Assembly (NCBI GenBank): GCA_038883715.1 | Contig: JAVZLS010000012.1 | Span: forward strand, 1 to 48,497 | Reading direction: 5' to 3' | Source: Candidatus Bathyarchaeia archaeon | GTDB lineage: Archaea > Thermoproteota > Bathyarchaeia > Bathyarchaeales > Bathycorpusculaceae | DNA: 48,497 bases | Shown: positions 1 through 8,603 of the stretch, in pieces | How the letters are laid out: each line of letters starts with the position of its first letter | Numbering within the stretch: the first letter of the stretch is position 1 | Notes under the pieces: generated by a model | What the model was told of the DNA's origin: nothing | Seen by the model: only the letters and a program-made list of their open reading frames with translations | Database searches by the model: none | Position numbers and translations under genes: made by a program

Positions 1-1283
1 GCCTTTTCCGGGCTTTTCCTCAATTTTTTCCCAATTCCGAAAAAAACGCCTCCGAGAAGCCTGTTTAAGCGAAAAAGAAACGTGAACCATTTCGCCCTTG
101 CTCTATTGAGTAGGCTTTGCTTTGTTGCCTTCTTTTCCTCTTCTTCTGTAGCTTCCTTTTTAGCCCAAAATATTGCTTTTCCTTTGAGAAATTTCCTTTT
201 CTTAATCTCTTCCTGGGTTGTTTCCCCCTTTTTCTCGAACTCAAAAACTTTCTTGAGGTTGGCCGTGAAGACCTCTCTAATCTCTTCTGGTGATGCGGGT
301 TCTAGGAATCCCCCCTCCCTTGTTCTGTGGCTTAGGGCAAGCTCAGCAGCCACCAAAACATCATTCATCGTTACCTCTGTCCTATTTTCAAAGGCTGCCA
401 AGGCAGCGGCTGCTTTTGCAATAACGATGTCTGGGCGTAAACCGTCAACTTTAAGTTCCAAGCATGCCTTGCATATTCCCTCTAAAACCTTGTCTGGGAT
501 GACAACCTTTTCAAGGATTTTTCTAGCTTGAAGTATCCTCTCACGAAGTTCCTCTTGTGATGGCTTGTATTTTTCATAAAACTTTTCCGGGTCTGCCTCA
601 AATTCCAAATTTCTTTTAACTATTTCCATCCGGTCTTCAACAGAAGTTATTCTCTCAACGGTTACGGATAATGGAAACCTATCCAAAAGTTGTGGTCTCA
701 ACTCTCCCTCTTCAGGATTCATAGTTCCCACAAATATGAATCGGGATGGATGTTGAACAGATATCCCTTCCCTTTCAACAACATTCCACCCTGTGGCAGC
801 GGCATCAAGCAGATCGTCAGCTATGTGATCCGGTAGTAGGTTCACCTCATCCACGTAGAGGATGTTCTGGTTTGCCTCCGCAAGGATTCCGGGTTCAAGC
901 GCTTCTATGCCGTACTTTATAGCTTTTTCCACGTCTAAACTTCCAACAACCCTATCCTCTGTTGAGCCGAGGGGCAAGTCGACAACAACCATGTCCCGCT
1001 CTTCCACTGGCAGATTTTCACCATTTCTCCATCTTTCACTACATTTTGGACACATGTTAGAGGGATCATAAGGATTACAGTTGAATGGGCAGTCCTTAAC
1101 AACACTTATTTTTGGAAGAATGTCAGCCAAAGCCCTCACAATAGTGCTTTTCCCGGAACCCTTCGGCCCCCTAATCAGCAATCCACCAATCTTAGGGTTT
1201 ATTGCATTAAGCAATATCGCCAGTTTAAGCTTGTCTAAGCCCACAATGGCCGAGAAGGGGAAAACAAGTCTCTTCCTTTCCAC
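1..1283 (-). CDS. Mg-chelatase ChlI/ChlD-like AAA+ ATPase (3' end runs off the window)
   Basis: Hand translation from GTG at 1283: VFPFSAIVG, Walker [28 protein letters not shown], Walker [28 protein letters not shown]. The frame is open to the left edge, so it is missing from the ORF track. Confidence 0.9.
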   Translation of the reverse strand, partial: MERKRLVFPFSAIVGLDKLKLAILLNAINPKIGGLLIRGPKGSGKSTIVRALADILPKISVVKDCPFNCNPYDPSNMCPKCSERWRNGENLPVEERDMVVVDLPLGSTEDRVVGSLDVEKAIKYGIEALEPGILAEANQNILYVDEVNLLPDHIADDLLDAAATGWNVVEREGISVQHPSRFIFVGTMNPEEGELRPQLLDRFPLSVTVERITSVEDRMEIVKRNLEFEADPEKFYEKYKPSQEELRERILQARKILEKVVIPDKVLEGICKACLELKVDGLRPDIVIAKAAAALAAFENRTEVTMNDVLVAAELALSHRTREGGFLEPASPEEIREVFTANLKKVFEFEKKGETTQEEIKKRKFLKGKAIFWAKKEATEEEEKKATKQSLLNRARAKWFTFLFRLNRLLGGVFFGIGKKLRKSPEK

Positions 1284-1557
1284 ACTAGTGCACAGCCCAC
1301 TGTGAAATATAAAATTCTGTTCTAACCTATTAGTTTTAACCAGTAGGCCGATTGTGCAGAGTTCAAGTTGACCAGCGGTGCACTAAAACTTTTACAAAAT
1401 GGAAGGATTCAAAAGGAAATTCCCGTCGCTGAGCTGCAATGTCCATACTGCGGTTCTAAGCAAGATTAGCTTACAGCATTTTTGGCGGCGGATACCAACA
1501 AGATTTTAGCGATTAGAGAGTGGTGGAAAGAAGAGGTAAGGTTGAAAAGTTGTTTAA

Positions 1558-1881
1558 CTAGCCTTCTTCGCTGTTTTCCTCTTCCCGCACGGGTTTTGTT
1601 GAAATCTCCCGTATGAGAGGCTCTTGTCTTCCGCCTTCGATTTCTATTTGCGCTCCCGGATACTGCTGTTGAAGCCTTCTTTTTAAGGCGTTTACGTCAA
1701 CATCCTTTCCAACCTTAGCTTTGACTTTTATGCCTTCCGGCGTTTGGGTCACACTTATCGAGTAACCGCTGGTGATTTCGTCTTCCGGAAATTCTTTGAA
1801 TATTTCATCCATTTCGTCGAATATGGAGCCTCCGAAAAGCTCGTCTATGATGCTTCTTCTCCGCCTTTTCTTAGACTGCAT
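1558..1881 (-). CDS. Hypothetical protein resembling the N-terminal arm of archaeal small heat-shock proteins
   Basis: 107 aa; IIDELFGGSIFDEMDEIFKEF, GYSISVTQTPEG and PLIREI; no full alpha-crystallin domain recognisable. Confidence 0.55.
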   Translation of the reverse strand: MQSKKRRRRSIIDELFGGSIFDEMDEIFKEFPEDEITSGYSISVTQTPEGIKVKAKVGKDVDVNALKRRLQQQYPGAQIEIEGGRQEPLIREISTKPVREEENSEEG

Positions 1882-1966
1882 GAAGTCTCACCCTCAAATT
1901 TTAAGCGTGAAAGGGGCTGCTTAAAAATTTAATTAGCCTCCGCGGGCTATTTATGGACAACGAAGC

Positions 1967-2461
1967 GTGTGGATAGAATTGGCGGGAAAAGTTGTTGTAA
2001 TCATGGGTTCTGAGCGGGACTTGGAATTCGCCAAGGAAATAGCCAAACACTTGAAGGCTTTTGGTTTAGATTTTAGGCTTCGGGTGGCTTCAGCCCATAA
2101 AACCCCTGAAAAAGTCCTCGAAATTTTAAAGGAGTATGAAAGCGAAAATGTTGTTTACATAGCAGTGGCGGGTAGGTCTAACGCCCTAAGCGCCTTCGTG
2201 GACGCCCACACCACAAAACCCGTCATTGCTTGTCCGCCCTACTCTGAAAAGTTTGCCGGTGCAGACATTTACTCTTCCCTGCGGGTACCGAGTGGCATAG
2301 GCTCTGTTGTAACCATTGAGGCTGAAGGTGCAGCCATAGCGGCGGCAAAAATCTTAGCCTTAGAAGATAAGAAGCTTGAAGAACGCATAAGAGCCTACCA
2401 AAAAGAGAAAAGGGGAGAGATTGAAAGGGCAGATGATTCTATTAAAAAATTGAAGATATAG
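1967..2461 (+). CDS. purE: N5-CAIR mutase / AIR carboxylase
   Basis: IMGSERD, VASAHKTPE, AGRSNAL, PVIACPP; adjacent to purC. Start may be TTG at 1979. Confidence 0.93.
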   Translation: MWIELAGKVVVIMGSERDLEFAKEIAKHLKAFGLDFRLRVASAHKTPEKVLEILKEYESENVVYIAVAGRSNALSAFVDAHTTKPVIACPPYSEKFAGADIYSSLRVPSGIGSVVTIEAEGAAIAAAKILALEDKKLEERIRAYQKEKRGEIERADDSIKKLKI

Positions 2462-2484
2462 GCGTGTAAGGGGCGTGCGCTGTT

Positions 2485-3528
2485 ATGGGCAGCGTTAAAG
2501 ACCTTGAGGTGGTGAAAAAGCCGACGAAAACGCGGATGGGGATTGGCAGATTCCACTTTTCAGACCGCTACTCAGTTTTTGATTGGGGTGAAATGCCAGA
2601 CCACATTGACGGAAAGGGCGCAGCCCTATGCTTGATGGGAGCTTACTGTTTTGAAAGGCTTGAAGAAAAGGGCATAAGAACCCATTATCGTGGACTCGTG
2701 GACGAAAAGGGCAAGGTTGTGCATTTTGACGAGTTGGAAAAGCCAACAAACGTTATGGAATTTCACCTAGTGAACGTTTATAAGCCGAAAGCCTACGTGG
2801 AAGGCGGCAAACTAAAATACGATTACAGCATTTACACGCCTAGGCTCCGGAACTTCCTAATCCCATTAGAGATTATTTATCGAAACGGCTTGCCGGAAGG
2901 CTCATCGGTTTTTAAAAGGCTTGAGCAGGGCTTAGTGACGCTTGAAGATTTGGGATTGGACCACTATCCAGAACCGGGCAAGAGGCTACCCAAGCCTATC
3001 TTTGATGTTAGCACAAAGTTTGAGGAGAGCGACCGCTACCTAACATGGCGGGAAGCCCAACAACTGACAAGCTTAACAGACAGCGAACTAGAGGAGGTTA
3101 AGGCTATACTCCTAAAAGTTGACGAGACAATTACGGAGATTGCCGCCAAAGCCAACCTAGTAAACGAAGATGGAAAAATAGAGTTAGCCTTCGACGAGGA
3201 AAGGAGGCTTATGGTGGCAGACGTGGTTGGCACGTTGGACGAGTGTAGATTCACATATCAAGGATTGCATGTCAGTAAGGAAATAGCCCGCATATATTAT
3301 AGACAGACGGAATGGGCAAAAGAAGTGGAACAAGCAAAACAGAAAGCCAAAGAGCAAGGCGTACAAGACTGGAGAACACTGGTGAAAAACCAACCGCCAA
3401 AACTGGAACAAAAACTGAAAACGCTAATAAGCCAGATGTATATGGCGGCGGCAAACGAAATAACGGGTAAAAAATTGTTTGATATACCAAGCCTCGCTGA
3501 AATAATGAAAAATTTTATGAAAGCTTAA
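2485..3528 (+). CDS. purC: SAICAR synthetase
   Basis: GSVKD, FSDRYSVFD, IPLEIIYRN, STKFE, DGKIE, DVVGTLDECRF. Confidence 0.92.
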   Translation: MGSVKDLEVVKKPTKTRMGIGRFHFSDRYSVFDWGEMPDHIDGKGAALCLMGAYCFERLEEKGIRTHYRGLVDEKGKVVHFDELEKPTNVMEFHLVNVYKPKAYVEGGKLKYDYSIYTPRLRNFLIPLEIIYRNGLPEGSSVFKRLEQGLVTLEDLGLDHYPEPGKRLPKPIFDVSTKFEESDRYLTWREAQQLTSLTDSELEEVKAILLKVDETITEIAAKANLVNEDGKIELAFDEERRLMVADVVGTLDECRFTYQGLHVSKEIARIYYRQTEWAKEVEQAKQKAKEQGVQDWRTLVKNQPPKLEQKLKTLISQMYMAAANEITGKKLFDIPSLAEIMKNFMKA

Positions 3529-3533
3529 GCCTT

Positions 3534-4967
3534 CTATGTTACTATTTCGTGGAGTTGTTTTGTTTTCCATGCCCGCCTTATTTCTAGGGCTATGCGGTCT
3601 CCTGTGCTCATGGGCTTCTTGTATTTGGCATTAGCGTATTGGGAGCCTAAGCCCATGTGGATGTTTGTTCCTCCGCCATGGCGTAGCGCCACATCTTGCG
3701 TTACTGGTATGTGCATGTATGGGTCTCGTTCTTCTGGAACATCGTATAAGCCGTAGTCTGCGGCTGTTTTGGCTTCTATGCCGCTTGTGTAGTCCAGCTT
3801 AACCATTGGTTTAAGCTCGTATCTTGATACGCGGTCCCATGTGATAAGCGTCTGAAGGCACCATGCGCCGATTATGCCTGGCGGTTCGTGTTCTCTACAC
3901 GCTAACAGAAAGCGGTCTGCATAGCGTTGCACATCCTTTAGGAGGGACTCTCTCAAGCTTAGCATGGCATGAGCCGTAACCTCAAAGGATGGAACACGTT
4001 TAAGCTTCTGCTGAACTTCCAATGGAAGTCTTTTCACGCCGTCTAGGATTGTTTCTCTGCGCTCGTCTATGGATAGGAACTGGTTGGCTAGGCATATTCT
4101 AGCCTCTTCAATTGCTACGTTGTAGAGTTTGGAGAACCAGTCGTCAACGTCGCCCCAGTCGCTTTTTGCATCTAGTGGCGAGAAGAAGAAGTTGAAGTTG
4201 GCGTGGGGACCAAGAACAATCTGCTCAACGCGTGCGTTGCGCAAAGACTCTTCGTTTAAGTTTCCAGCCTTAACCTCCTTTTCGACCTTCTCCTCCAAAT
4301 CTTTTGAGTCTGCGGCGAATATGAATTCCCTTTCAAATTTTCTGTGGGCGTGCTCAGCCTTCAAAAGCATGGGCTCGTCAATAAACTCTTTGAACCGTAA
4401 TCCGCCCCTTCTAACCTCAAACTTGTAGGACTTTGGATAGGGGATGCCAGCCTGCTCCGCAAACCAGTAATAGTCCTTCTCAATTTCGCCACGGTTCTCA
4501 ATTTTTAGGAGAGCCCTTGAGCCAACTATTGGGACTGCAAACTGGTTTTCGATTACACTGCAATATTCGTCTCCGCCAACATAAACGGAGAAAGCCCTAT
4601 TCGGAATTTGCAAACACTCCAAATCCACAAGCTCATCCACATACTTAACAATGTCAGAGTAGCGGTCAAGAATTAGGATTACGCTTTTCCAGTCGCCATT
4701 TTTCTTAATGTCCTTCGGATCGTTTACAACGCGAATATCCCGCCTGACAAGGCTTGGCAAATCTTCCACAGGTTCGTCTGGCTTCCCAACCATCGGGTTC
4801 TGAAGGTATATGCGTGCCCTTCCAGGCGTAGTATAAATTATGCTTCTTAGGCCGTAGTTGCGCTGTCCCTGCCAAGCATCTAAAGCCGAATGTGAACCCA
4901 AATTTAGCCCTATAGGTTCTTTGTATTTTTTGGCTATTTCTTGCATCTCTTCTCTGCTTATAACCAT
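3534..4967 (-). CDS. purP: PurP-family ATP-grasp formate ligase (long form)
   Basis: LGSHSALD, IPNRAF, SIDERRE, SLRESLL, PPGIIGAWCLQ, C-terminal MSTGDRIALEI...LHEIVT; next to purE/purC. Confidence 0.8.
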   Translation of the reverse strand: MVISREEMQEIAKKYKEPIGLNLGSHSALDAWQGQRNYGLRSIIYTTPGRARIYLQNPMVGKPDEPVEDLPSLVRRDIRVVNDPKDIKKNGDWKSVILILDRYSDIVKYVDELVDLECLQIPNRAFSVYVGGDEYCSVIENQFAVPIVGSRALLKIENRGEIEKDYYWFAEQAGIPYPKSYKFEVRRGGLRFKEFIDEPMLLKAEHAHRKFEREFIFAADSKDLEEKVEKEVKAGNLNEESLRNARVEQIVLGPHANFNFFFSPLDAKSDWGDVDDWFSKLYNVAIEEARICLANQFLSIDERRETILDGVKRLPLEVQQKLKRVPSFEVTAHAMLSLRESLLKDVQRYADRFLLACREHEPPGIIGAWCLQTLITWDRVSRYELKPMVKLDYTSGIEAKTAADYGLYDVPEERDPYMHIPVTQDVALRHGGGTNIHMGLGSQYANAKYKKPMSTGDRIALEIRRAWKTKQLHEIVT

Positions 4968-5070
4968 TTGAACACCGTGGCTAAAATCCAGAAAAGCCAG
5001 TTTTAAACCTTTTCAACAAGACCATTAAAATTGTACATGCGCTCTTTTCTTCTAGAAGATTTTTCCATAC

Positions 5071-5331
5071 ATGGTTATAAAATGGTCAGCCTCTCTTTCA
5101 ATTGGGGATGGGGAGAAGGGAGAGAAACATTTGGCTGAGGCTTACGGCTGGCTTTTCGTTGACTTTGTTCCGCTTCTTTACGAGAAGCGACGGGTTGCCC
5201 GACAGCTCCAAGTGGAGACTTGGCTGGATTTAACCCAGCTTCTGAACGAGTTAAAACTTGAATTGATAAATGATGGAGGAAGAATCGAGCAAAACGCAAA
5301 TGCCAAATCTAAGGTTGACTACATCGCCTAG
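5071..5331 (+). CDS. Small hypothetical protein
   Basis: 86-aa ORF filling the gap between purP and the kinase; no motif recognised, start uncertain. Confidence 0.4.
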   Translation: MVIKWSASLSIGDGEKGEKHLAEAYGWLFVDFVPLLYEKRRVARQLQVETWLDLTQLLNELKLELINDGGRIEQNANAKSKVDYIA

Positions 5332-6089
5332 AGACCGCAAACCGACAAAAGTGCCTCAAAATTTTGGCGGCTTCCGTCAGCTTTATAACGCCTTAAAGCC
5401 TCAATAATGGCTTTTTTATCCTTTTCATCAAGTTTTCGGCTTATTTTCTCCGCTACAACACCGCTTATGAAGAGGAACTGCGCAATCGAGGTGACGTTTG
5501 ATGGTTTACGGTTTAGGCTGGCGGTTTCAAAGTCCACTATGAAGGGCTTGTCTTGGCCGTCCACAATTATGTGTTTTGGGGCGTGGCTTAACTCGCCATG
5601 ATCCAATCCAGCACGGTCAAGGCGCCAACACTGCTCCAAAATGTCTCTCAAAACATTTTTTAGGCGTTTTTTGCTTAAGCGTTTTTCCAGCCATTCTGGA
5701 AGCAGTAAGCCCTCCACAAACTGCATCAGCAGAAAGTTTTTGCTCACACCTAAAAGCCTCGGTCCAACATTAACAGAGTTTGCTATTCCAATCATTTCAG
5801 CCTCATGCAACATTGTAGCGCGGTCAGCATCCACCCTCCGAATTTTTAAGGCTACCGCCTCATTGCCCCTATAGGCTTTCACAACTATGCCAACGCATCC
5901 CTTACCCAAAACTTTCAAGTTTGAAACTTGTTTTTCTCCGCAAAATTCCAGTGCTGTCACTCCCAATTTTTCTAGCTCTTTTATACGTTTTTCTAGCTCG
6001 GCTTTAGCTGGTTTTGGATAGCACAATATTGAGGCGAACGGCTCTTCATGAAGGCGTATTAAAGAAACCTTTAGGCTTCCAGCTTCCAT
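5328..6089 (-). CDS. RIO/Bud32-like Ser/Thr protein kinase
   Basis: LGKGCVGIV Gly loop, VALKIRR, HGELS catalytic loop, IVDFE. Confidence 0.85.
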   Translation of the reverse strand: MEAGSLKVSLIRLHEEPFASILCYPKPAKAELEKRIKELEKLGVTALEFCGEKQVSNLKVLGKGCVGIVVKAYRGNEAVALKIRRVDADRATMLHEAEMIGIANSVNVGPRLLGVSKNFLLMQFVEGLLLPEWLEKRLSKKRLKNVLRDILEQCWRLDRAGLDHGELSHAPKHIIVDGQDKPFIVDFETASLNRKPSNVTSIAQFLFISGVVAEKISRKLDEKDKKAIIEALRRYKADGSRQNFEALLSVCGL

Positions 6090-6160
6090 TTCACCCTTAA
6101 ATGCTATGCGGAACGCTTAAAAGGCTATGCCAAAAATTTGGAAGAGAAATAAGAAGCGCT

Positions 6161-8380
6161 TTACTCTTCTTCGCAGAACTCTTCTGGTCTTGGCGGTGTT
6201 GGCGGCAAGCCTTTACGTTCTCTTATTTGCCTTATGACCTCTGCCTGCATCGATTCAGGCACTGGTGCCCATCGGCTGAACTGAGTTGCCCAGAAAGCTC
6301 TTCCCTGCGTTGAGGAGCGGAGTTCATCGGCTATTCCGAAGGACTCTGCCACTGGCAGCTCCGCCTTCACAATGACCATATCCTCTTCGTTGACCATGTC
6401 CAAGATTTTGCCCCGACGCTTCTGCAAAAGCGTAATGACAGGGCTTACGAAGTCGTTGGGGACCTTGCATTCGAAGCTTAGGATGGGCTCTAGAAGTTTT
6501 GGTTCGCTTAAGAGGAAGGAGCCCCAAATTGGACGCCAGGTCATGGGCAGAATCTGGGCTGGTCCGCGGTGAACTGGATCCTCATGGATGAGGATGTCTT
6601 CAAGGTTTACTTTTAGCCCGTACATGGGTTCCTTCGCCAAGACACCGGTGGCAACGGCATCTCTAAAGCCAGACCGCACATGGTCTAGCACTTCTTCCAC
6701 ATACTGCCTACCCTTAATCCTGTTAACCAATATGTTTGTGCCTTCTATGGCAATTACGTTGCGGGCGTCTTCAGTCGACCAGCCGAACTCCTTCATTAAA
6801 ATTTTCTGGCGTTCATCACGGGTTTGCATCTCATTAATCTTGCCCGTCTTAATAGCCTCTATAACTTCTGGCTGAAGCCTCTCAACCGTCACCCAAAGCC
6901 TATTATGCTTGTTGGGGCTTTTGCCCATAACTGGCGGACCCTTATAATCGCGGCTTATAGTTTCACGGTAAATCACTATGGGCTTACTCATCCTAACCTT
7001 TAGGCCGGCCTCCTGCATGCGGTAGGCTGTAACCTCCAAGTGGAGTTCTCCCATGCCGCTGAGCAAGTACTGCCCACTTTCCTTGTCTATCTTAAAGTGC
7101 AAGTTTGGATCTTCAAGCGTAAGCTTATGAATGACTTTATCGAATAATGGAAGATCTTTAACGTCTTCCGGCTCAACAGCCACTGTGACAACTGGGTCTG
7201 AAACATACTTTAGGGCTTCGAAGGGTGCTGTTTCAACGCCCTCTTCAGCTATTGTTTCGCCCACGTGGATGGATGGCAAACCAGAAAGAGCTGCAATGTT
7301 TCCAGCTGGAATTCTCTCAACTATGACTCTGTCTGTTGCCATGCTCATGTAAACCTGTTGTATGCTTCCTTTCTGGCGGCTTGTCACGAGGCGGACAGTT
7401 TTACCCTTCTCAACAGTGCCGCTGAAAACCCTACCGATGGCAACAACACCACTGTGAGGGTCAACCTCAATGAAGGTTATACACATCAAAAGCGGCCCGT
7501 TCGGATCAACCTTAGCCATAGCCTTGCCAACAGGGCTGTTTATGTCGCCGGGCCATATTTGGCTCTGCCTGTAGGGTTGCGCCTCGATGGGGCTTGGGAG
7601 GTGCTCGCAGAACATGTCCAAAACTGGCTCGTAGACGGGTATGCGTTTGCTTAGGGCTTCCACCTTTCGCCCGATTTCTTCAGGCTCGCCGGTATAAGCG
7701 TCAATAATGTCTTTAAAGGTTATGCCCTTAGCCTTCATGTGGGGTAGGTTTAAGCCCCACTTGTGGAGGGCGGAGCCAAAAGCGACACGTCCGTCTTCAA
7801 CCTTAACTTGCCAGTCCTTCTTATGTTCTGGCGGCGCATACTTTTCAATTATGCTGTTAATTCTCGTGATTATTCTCGCAAATTTCTTCTGAATCTCTTC
7901 TGGGGTTAGCTTCAACTCCCGGATTAGACGGTCAACCTTATTAATGAATAGTATTGGCTTCACACGTTCACGGAGGGCTTGCATCAAAACAGTTTCAGTC
8001 TGGGTCATGGGACCTTCAACAGCATCCACAACAACCAAAGCGCCGTCAACAGCCCTTAGGCTTCTTGTCACGTTTCCGCTGAAGTCTATGTGCCCCGGCG
8101 TGTCTATGAGGTTTATGAGGTAGTCAACGCCCTTAAAAGTGTGGACTAGGCTTATGTTAGAGGCGAAAACCGTCATCTGCCTCTTCTGTTCAAGCTCCCA
8201 AGAGTCAAGGAAAAGCTTCTGTCCAGCCACTTGCTCGCTTATTATGCCAGCAGCCGCCAAGAGACTATCTGAAAGTGTCGTCTTGCCATGGTCAACATGC
8301 GCAATTATGCTCGTGTTCCTTATCCTCTCAGTGTTATTCATAAGTTTAACTATATCTTCTATCTGCCTATAACGACCCAT
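6161..8380 (-). CDS. Elongation factor 2 paralogue (aEF-2p-like)
   Basis: AHVDHGKTT, DTPGH, NKVD, GSAL, GMGELHLE, HEDPVHRGPAQI; switch I reads RQMTV instead of RGITI. Confidence 0.9.
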   Translation of the reverse strand: MGRYRQIEDIVKLMNNTERIRNTSIIAHVDHGKTTLSDSLLAAAGIISEQVAGQKLFLDSWELEQKRQMTVFASNISLVHTFKGVDYLINLIDTPGHIDFSGNVTRSLRAVDGALVVVDAVEGPMTQTETVLMQALRERVKPILFINKVDRLIRELKLTPEEIQKKFARIITRINSIIEKYAPPEHKKDWQVKVEDGRVAFGSALHKWGLNLPHMKAKGITFKDIIDAYTGEPEEIGRKVEALSKRIPVYEPVLDMFCEHLPSPIEAQPYRQSQIWPGDINSPVGKAMAKVDPNGPLLMCITFIEVDPHSGVVAIGRVFSGTVEKGKTVRLVTSRQKGSIQQVYMSMATDRVIVERIPAGNIAALSGLPSIHVGETIAEEGVETAPFEALKYVSDPVVTVAVEPEDVKDLPLFDKVIHKLTLEDPNLHFKIDKESGQYLLSGMGELHLEVTAYRMQEAGLKVRMSKPIVIYRETISRDYKGPPVMGKSPNKHNRLWVTVERLQPEVIEAIKTGKINEMQTRDERQKILMKEFGWSTEDARNVIAIEGTNILVNRIKGRQYVEEVLDHVRSGFRDAVATGVLAKEPMYGLKVNLEDILIHEDPVHRGPAQILPMTWRPIWGSFLLSEPKLLEPILSFECKVPNDFVSPVITLLQKRRGKILDMVNEEDMVIVKAELPVAESFGIADELRSSTQGRAFWATQFSRWAPVPESMQAEVIRQIRERKGLPPTPPRPEEFCEEE

Positions 8381-8603
8381 AGCTAAACATACCCCACACT
8401 AACCAAAAGCTTGAAAACTGGATGTTGCCTGCATAGTTTCCAGCAAACATTACTGTCCACTGCCAGAGTTAGGCTACATGCAAATGAAAACTGAACCATA
8501 TTAACTTTTTGCATGAAATCCACAAGACTTTTAAGACCACGAGAAACCCTTGTTTCTTGAAACTTGTAAGTTATTTGAAAGTCCAGCGTCCGGGGATTCT
8601 GTC

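Noticed and set aside
5071-5331. C-terminal DYIA as a proteasome-activating HbYX motif
   Set aside because: Tyr is third from last, not penultimate, so it does not fit HbYX.
5328-8380. Kinase as a dedicated EF-2 kinase
   Set aside because: Only adjacency supports it; the kinase is RIO/Bud32-like, not an alpha-kinase, and appears to have its own TATA-like element near 6117-6123.
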